Shown: positions 58,718 to 64,000 of the stretch, in pieces | How the letters are laid out: each line of letters starts with the position of its first letter | Position numbering within the stretch: position 1 is the stretch's first letter | DNA from: an uncultured bacterium | GTDB lineage: Bacteria; Vulcanimicrobiota; Xenobia; Xenobiales; Xenobiaceae | Length of the DNA stretch: 64,000 nt | Direction: 5' to 3' | Assembly: GCA_958366945.1 (NCBI GenBank) | Contig: CATXCY010000002.1 | Span: forward strand, 66,917 to 130,916 | Notes under the pieces: model-generated | The model's input: only the letters and a program-made list of their open reading frames with translations | Told to the model about the DNA's origin: nothing | Database searches by the model: none | Made by a program: the position numbers and the translations under genes

Positions 58718-60838
58718 CTAATAGTAGCTTTGCTCTAAAGTTGATTTTTCCAATTTGTATATGGCCGCTTGCGAATTTGCATAAATAGGAAGTCCGTAAC
58801 GTTTGGAAAGTTCGTTTTGAAAGTGTTTATAAACTTCTTGGCTATGCCCGGGAGCCAGCCAAGCACAATTAGCCTTATGCAATACCAAATAGCGCAAGCC
58901 GCCTTGAAAAACTAACTCTGCGTCTCTTTTTACTACATTATTAGTTATATTGCCCGCCTTTAAATCCTGGTCAGTAGAGGAAGCGGATTCTTTATTAAAA
59001 CGCGAAGGGGTTGCATCTCCTGTGAAACAGCGTGGCAAATCTTCTCGACCGTACAAAATTTCTGAACTACCTTCATTAGGATAAGCAGCTCTAATTGTAG
59101 TTGGGGCACATATTTCGTTTAATTCTAAAAATTTGGCAATATAGGCATTGTTGCGAGCTAGCCAGCTTAAAGGACGTTTGCCGTGAGCTGAAGGGCAACC
59201 GTGTAAAAATTGGGTTTGCCACACATTGGTGCAATATCCCAGAGGCAAATCTAAGGTGGCATATTGGCCAGGTTGAGCGGCCAAAAAAGCACACCAAGCT
59301 GGTGTTTTAGCCGGAAAAGCAGGGTAGTAAGCGCCGCCAATTTGTGGGCCTGTCGAAAATAAACGTATATTTTGGCCGCTCATAGTAAAAAATGCCACAA
59401 GGCTTAGCGCTAACGTACAGCTTAAAATGGCTTTGGCTCGCCCCCCTGGCGAGGTTTGCAGCCAATTTTCGCTAACGGTTTGGCTTAGGAAGGTAGTGCC
59501 AAAAACTAAACAAGTTAAAACCAAGGGCCAAACCGTTTGGGGTGTGCGCCAGTAATAAAATAGGCCGCTGCATCTGGCTAAGTAGGCCAGGGGGGCGCGT
59601 ATAGGCTGCCCGGCGGCATCAAGGAGCAGAGCGCCGTTCCAAGTTAAGTAAGGGCCCAAACCAATAAGAGCCAACACCGAAGCCAACCAGAACCACAGCA
59701 GAGCTGGACTTTTTCTAACTTTGAGCCAACAAGGAAAGAACAATACAATTGCTGTCAGTAAAGGAGTAAGCAACTGAGCACCGTGGTGCACTATGATTCT
59801 TTGGCCCGAGTGAGGTGGGCTTAAAGTTAGTTGGCTCATGCGCTCGAAGGCTCGGCTCTCTTCATGGGCCCGCTCCAGTGGGGCGCTCTGTTGGTAACGG
59901 TGTAAGTCAGGATCGATATGTAAAACATACAAGGCCGCCGGGCAAGCTGTCAGCGCTGTGAGCACAACGCACCAGGCTAAGCGCTTCAGCGACATTTTGT
60001 CCAAAAAGGCCGCTCTAGTGGTCAATAAGGCTAGACCAACCAAAGTGAGGAGAGCGGCCCAGATCCAGTATACGCCGGCGGCAGCCAGGACTGATAAGGC
60101 TAAAAGCCAGTAAGCTGCCGCCGGTATAGGCGAAGATGGGGAAGATGCTGAAGCGCTTAGTTTGGCGGCCTGTGGCCTTGGCGGCGCCTTTAGCGTTTGC
60201 TCTTCCTCGGATTGGGCATGGAGGCATTGGGAAGAAATAGAGTCTGAGGAAGCATATAGTCGGCTGGGGCGAGTGAAAATTAAAGCTAAGGCAGCTAAAG
60301 CTAAGATGGCAGGCAGGCTGAAGAGCTGGGGAATGTGGCCCCAGCCGATCATTTGTTTGGTAAAAGGCGCCGCCAAAACAGGCAGGCCGCTGCCTAAAGC
60401 GAGTAGCCAGCCTAACATTTTGCGCCGAGAATTTGTCTGGCTTGGAGTAGAGCTCAGCTGAAGTACAGCCCAAGCCAAGCCCAACGCACTGAGCCAAACA
60501 GCGCTGGCTACGCTTAGGTTCCACCAGGACGGCCAAGAAAAAAACAATTGCCAAAAGCAGCCGATTAACGTATGCAAATATGATTTATGGGTAATAACCA
60601 GATTTATATTTTGAGGAAATTCCCAAGCTTGGCTAGTTAGAGGAAAATGGCCTTGCTTTAAATTATCGGCTACGGCTCTTGTAAGCACCATTTCATCGAA
60701 AGTGTCGTCGGTAACGCAGCCTAAAGCTAAGGGAGAAGAGCTAAACCAAACATTTTTTGATAGATAAAAAATGATGATTGCATAAATGAAGGCTATAAGA
60801 ACCAATTTTAGCTTTTGACTTTTGAAAAAATTGGACAC
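58718..60838 (-). CDS. Large polytopic membrane protein, function unknown (possibly GT-C-like)
   Basis: 706 aa with more than 12 hydrophobic spans, an Ala/Pro/Ser-rich loop and a soluble C-terminal ~150 aa. GTG start. Ends 9 nt before the antiporter gene. Confidence 0.5.
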   Translation of the reverse strand: MSNFFKSQKLKLVLIAFIYAIIIFYLSKNVWFSSSPLALGCVTDDTFDEMVLTRAVADNLKQGHFPLTSQAWEFPQNINLVITHKSYLHTLIGCFWQLFFSWPSWWNLSVASAVWLSALGLAWAVLQLSSTPSQTNSRRKMLGWLLALGSGLPVLAAPFTKQMIGWGHIPQLFSLPAILALAALALIFTRPSRLYASSDSISSQCLHAQSEEEQTLKAPPRPQAAKLSASASSPSSPIPAAAYWLLALSVLAAAGVYWIWAALLTLVGLALLTTRAAFLDKMSLKRLAWCVVLTALTACPAALYVLHIDPDLHRYQQSAPLERAHEESRAFERMSQLTLSPPHSGQRIIVHHGAQLLTPLLTAIVLFFPCWLKVRKSPALLWFWLASVLALIGLGPYLTWNGALLLDAAGQPIRAPLAYLARCSGLFYYWRTPQTVWPLVLTCLVFGTTFLSQTVSENWLQTSPGGRAKAILSCTLALSLVAFFTMSGQNIRLFSTGPQIGGAYYPAFPAKTPAWCAFLAAQPGQYATLDLPLGYCTNVWQTQFLHGCPSAHGKRPLSWLARNNAYIAKFLELNEICAPTTIRAAYPNEGSSEILYGREDLPRCFTGDATPSRFNKESASSTDQDLKAGNITNNVVKRDAELVFQGGLRYLVLHKANCAWLAPGHSQEVYKHFQNELSKRYGLPIYANSQAAIYKLEKSTLEQSYY

Positions 60839-60910
60839 AAATGCTCGCTCCGAAGTTTTAGGAATCGATTGAATTTCGCCTTGAAATGGCTCTGGCTATA
60901 CGTATAAATA

Positions 60911-63724
60911 TTAGATGTGCACTATATCTTGCAAAAACTTGCCAGTCCAAGAATACGGATTTTGGGCTATATCTTCAGGAGTGCCGCAAGCTATTATTTG
61001 ACCGCCACGTTCACCACCTTCAGGCCCCAAATCGATAAGCCAGTCGCAGCATTTTATGACGTCTAAATTGTGCTCAGTAATAATCATAGAGCTGCCAGCT
61101 TCTACCAAGCGGCGCAAGACGCCCATAAGTTTGGCCACGTCGTCGAAATGGAGACCGGTAGTAGGTTCATCTAAAATGTAAAGAGTACGTCCCAAAGCTT
61201 TTTTAGAAAGTTCCCCAGCTAACTTAATGCGCTGAGCTTCGCCGCCGGAAAGAGTAGTGGCTGCTTGGCCTAAGCGAATATAACTTAAGCCCACATCATA
61301 GAGAGTTTGCAACTTGGAGCGAATTTTGGGATAGTTGGCAAAAAATTCCAATCCTTCTTCTACAGTCATATCTAAAACTTCGGCAATAGTTTTACCTTTA
61401 AAGTGGATTTCCAAAGTCTCGCGATTATAGCGCTGTCCTTGGCAAACTTCGCAAGGCACGCAAACGTCAGGCAAAAAGTTCATCTCGATTTTAAGTATGC
61501 CTTGGCCTTGGCAAGCTTCACAGCGGCCGCCTTTAATATTAAAGGAAAAACGACCAGGTTTATAACCGCGCATTTTCGCTTCTGGAGAGGAGGCAAACAA
61601 AGTGCGAATAGCGTCAAACATACCTGTATAGGTAGCTGGATTGGAGCGAGGAGTACGTCCAATAGGCGATTGGTCGATTACGATCAATCTATCGATAAGT
61701 TCTGCACCTTCAATTTTGTCACATTGGCCTACATCTTCAACTTTTAAGCCCAAATGTTTAGCTAAATGTTTATAAAGTATTTCATTAACCAGCGTGCTCT
61801 TTCCAGAGCCGGAAACTCCAGTAACGCCAATCATTAAACCTAAGGGAAACTCTACATCGATATTTTGCAAGTTATTTTGCTTGCAACCATAAAGATTGAT
61901 TTGCTCATGGCCTCGAGAACGGCGCGGATAAGGAATAGCAATAGACTTGCGTCCACTTAAATAAGCGCCAGTTAAAGAACGTGGTTCGTTGAGCACATCT
62001 TGTAAAGTACCGGAAACTACTACCTCTCCGCCATGTACACCGGCGCCAGGGCCAATATCGACAATATGATCAGCTGCTTTGATGGTATCTTCATCATGTT
62101 CGACAATAACTAAAGTGTTGCCTAAATCGCGCAATTTTTTCAATGTCTCTAAAAGACGCTGATTGTCGCGTTGGTGCAAGCCTATGGAAGGTTCGTCCAA
62201 AATATAGAGTACGCCCACCAAACCGGAGCCAATTTGGGTTGCTAAACGAATGCGCTGAGCTTCGCCGCCAGAAAGAGTAGAGGCTGCCCGATCTAAGCTC
62301 AAATAATCTAAGCCAACATTGATTAAAAATTGGAAGCGGGCCTTGAGCTCGCGTACTATAGGCGTGGCAATAGCTTGATTTTTCTCTGATAAAGTTAAAC
62401 TCTCTAGCCATTGTTGCGCTTTAACAATGGATTTGGTACATAATTGAGCAATAGTTAAATCGTCGACAGTAACGCAGCGAGCTTCTGGCTTTAAGCGAGC
62501 GCCGTTGCAAGCTGGGCAGACAGAATTGACGCGAAATTGGTTTAGTTCTTCTATAGCCCATTCCGAGCTGGCTTCTTGGTAGCGTTTTTCCAGCATAGGC
62601 AAAGCGCCGGCAAAATTGGGAATATAACCATTAGCTTGGCAACCGTAAAGAATTAAATGTTTTTCTTCTTCTTTAAGATCTTGCCAAGGCTTGTCTAAAT
62701 CGATTAGTCCCAGCTCGGCTAATTTTTCGGCTTGGCTCCAGAACCAAGTTTCGCGCATATGGTAACGCAGCGAATGAATAGGCTTGCCCCAGGGAGCTAA
62801 AGCGCCTTCATTTAAACTTAAACTTGGGTCGGGAATAACTAAATTTAAGTCTAGTTTAGATACGAAGCCTAAGCCGCTGCATTCTGGGCAAGCTCCAAAA
62901 GGCGAGTTAAAAGAAAAGAGGCGCGGCTCCAATTTGGCAAAAGAGAGGCCACATTCCAAACAAGCCAAATTCTGGCTATAAAGTTGCTCGCCACCAGCTA
63001 AATTTTGCAATAAAATAACGCCTTCGCCTAGTTTTAAAGCTAGTTCTACCGATTCGGCAATGCGATGGCGGGCAGAAGGCTTAACTACAATGCGGTCAAC
63101 AACTATTTCTATATTGTGGATAACGTAGCGATCTAGATGGGGCAAATCGCCTTCATCGTCTAGGCGAATAATATCGCCATCAATTCTGACGCGACTGAAG
63201 CCTTTATTGAGCGTGTCTTGCAACAATTTTTGGAATTGACCTTTGCGGCCGCGAACTAGAGGCGCCAAAATATTAAACTTTGAGCCTTCAGGGTTATTAA
63301 AAATTATGTTTACAATTTGATCCAGGGTTTGAGGAAATATTTCGCGGCCGCATTGGGGGCAGTGAGGCAAGCCGGCCCGAGCGTAGAGCAAACGCAAATA
63401 ATCATAAATTTCGGTAACCGTACCTACTGTGGAACGTGGGTTAGCCGAAGTGCCTTTTTGATCGATAGAAATTGCTGGCGAAAGGCCGTCTACGCTGTCT
63501 ACGTCTGGCTTGTCTAGGCGGCCCAAAAATTGACGAGCGTAAGAGGAGAGCGATTCCATATAGCGTCGGCGCCCTTCAGCATAGATGGTATCAAAAACTA
63601 AAGACGATTTGCCCGAGCCGGAAAGGCCGGTAACTACGGTCATTTTATCGCGCGGAATAGTTAAATTGATATTTTTTAAATTGTTTTCCCGCGCCCCTTT
63701 AATGATGATTTCTTCTAAAGCCAT
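60911..63724 (-). CDS. uvrA: Excinuclease ABC subunit A
   Basis: Two ABC ATPase modules ([20 protein letters not shown], two LSGGE signatures), Zn-finger Cys pairs, and a typical N-terminus [12 protein letters not shown]. Confidence 0.97.
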   Translation of the reverse strand: MALEEIIIKGARENNLKNINLTIPRDKMTVVTGLSGSGKSSLVFDTIYAEGRRRYMESLSSYARQFLGRLDKPDVDSVDGLSPAISIDQKGTSANPRSTVGTVTEIYDYLRLLYARAGLPHCPQCGREIFPQTLDQIVNIIFNNPEGSKFNILAPLVRGRKGQFQKLLQDTLNKGFSRVRIDGDIIRLDDEGDLPHLDRYVIHNIEIVVDRIVVKPSARHRIAESVELALKLGEGVILLQNLAGGEQLYSQNLACLECGLSFAKLEPRLFSFNSPFGACPECSGLGFVSKLDLNLVIPDPSLSLNEGALAPWGKPIHSLRYHMRETWFWSQAEKLAELGLIDLDKPWQDLKEEEKHLILYGCQANGYIPNFAGALPMLEKRYQEASSEWAIEELNQFRVNSVCPACNGARLKPEARCVTVDDLTIAQLCTKSIVKAQQWLESLTLSEKNQAIATPIVRELKARFQFLINVGLDYLSLDRAASTLSGGEAQRIRLATQIGSGLVGVLYILDEPSIGLHQRDNQRLLETLKKLRDLGNTLVIVEHDEDTIKAADHIVDIGPGAGVHGGEVVVSGTLQDVLNEPRSLTGAYLSGRKSIAIPYPRRSRGHEQINLYGCKQNNLQNIDVEFPLGLMIGVTGVSGSGKSTLVNEILYKHLAKHLGLKVEDVGQCDKIEGAELIDRLIVIDQSPIGRTPRSNPATYTGMFDAIRTLFASSPEAKMRGYKPGRFSFNIKGGRCEACQGQGILKIEMNFLPDVCVPCEVCQGQRYNRETLEIHFKGKTIAEVLDMTVEEGLEFFANYPKIRSKLQTLYDVGLSYIRLGQAATTLSGGEAQRIKLAGELSKKALGRTLYILDEPTTGLHFDDVAKLMGVLRRLVEAGSSMIITEHNLDVIKCCDWLIDLGPEGGERGGQIIACGTPEDIAQNPYSWTGKFLQDIVHI

Positions 63725-63741
63725 GTTCTTTTCGTTTTTTA

Positions 63742-64000
63742 TTAGATTTTGCGTTGCCGCGCTTTGCTTTTTTTATTTCCAGTTACAATGGTAGATTTTG
63801 GCGCCGCTTCGGCTTTCTTGCGATGCTTGAAAGGCAAACTTTTGTCGCTTTCAGCTAGCTCCAGGGCTGCAGCGGCGGGCAAGCCTTCCAACACTGAGCT
63901 TAGTTGCCTTTTTAAAGAGTACATTTGATCGCGCAAAGCGGCTGCTGTTTCAAATTGCATTTCAGAAGCGGCTTTAAGCATAGCTTCTTCTACTTTGTCG
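63742..64000 (-). CDS. uvrB: Excinuclease ABC subunit B, C-terminal end (gene continues past the window edge)
   Basis: UVR domain motif [24 protein letters not shown], followed by a basic tail. The stop lies 17 nt upstream of the uvrA start. Confidence 0.8.
   Translation of the reverse strand, partial: DKVEEAMLKAASEMQFETAAALRDQMYSLKRQLSSVLEGLPAAAALELAESDKSLPFKHRKKAEAAPKSTIVTGNKKSKARQRKI

Noticed and set aside
60015-60554. 179-aa (minus) and 99-aa (plus, 60162-60461) ORFs inside the 706-aa membrane protein gene
   Set aside because: They are shadow ORFs in the locally GC-rich core. The products are low-complexity and lack starts with ribosome-binding sites.
1-64000. Mobile elements, prophage, toxin-antitoxin pairs, known defence systems, tRNA/rRNA genes
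   Set aside because: I recognised no integrase, transposase, recombinase, reverse transcriptase, terminal inverted repeats, phage structural genes or cloverleaf-like intergenic sequence while reading both strands. Absence is by eye only. Scans with tRNAscan, Infernal and DefenseFinder would be decisive.

Overview
This is a 64-kb, gene-dense chromosomal segment with about 48 protein genes. GC looks mid-40s % by eye (not computed). The host appears to be a diderm bacterium, given a TolC-family protein, an AMIN-domain AmiC-type amidase, HtrA and a lipobox lipoprotein. I recognised no rRNA, tRNA, CRISPR array, transposase, integrase or prophage genes. Recognisable anchors are uvrB (3' end only) followed by uvrA, HtrA/DegP, two TatD-family hydrolases and an N-acetylmuramoyl-L-alanine amidase. 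Others are a LysM-YkuD L,D-transpeptidase, a long-chain acyl-CoA synthetase, a GH13 MalZ-like glucosidase and a YgeW-type knotted carbamoyltransferase. The list also includes a TolC/MacA/MacB-type permease operon, a Kef-type CPA2 antiporter, a Fur-family regulator, a nitroreductase, a folate-type ECF S component and a radical SAM enzyme. The most unusual region is a 13-kb block of 14 genes, all on the + strand (7.85-21.1 kb). It contains (i) a four-gene membrane module headed by a periplasmic beta-propeller protein, (ii) six tandem paralogs with TM helices plus a C-terminal YcxB/PH-like domain, and (iii) a small membrane protein, an orphan GlmL/MutL-family actin-fold ATPase and a barrel-sandwich partner, with no B12 mutase nearby. 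I cannot assign a function and flag this block as the best candidate for an undescribed membrane-associated system. Other points worth a second look: a 1053-aa tubulin/FtsZ-superfamily protein with a degenerate GTP loop; an HD-GYP protein with HD changed to KD and about 600 aa of disorder; an SDR lacking catalytic Tyr/Lys; a URO-D-like enzyme fused to an Arg-rich tail; a Tes/MJ0619-like radical SAM protein; an efflux operon with no ATPase gene; and near-perfect 54/69-bp coding repeats. All family assignments come from motif reading by eye and from memory. No searches were run.
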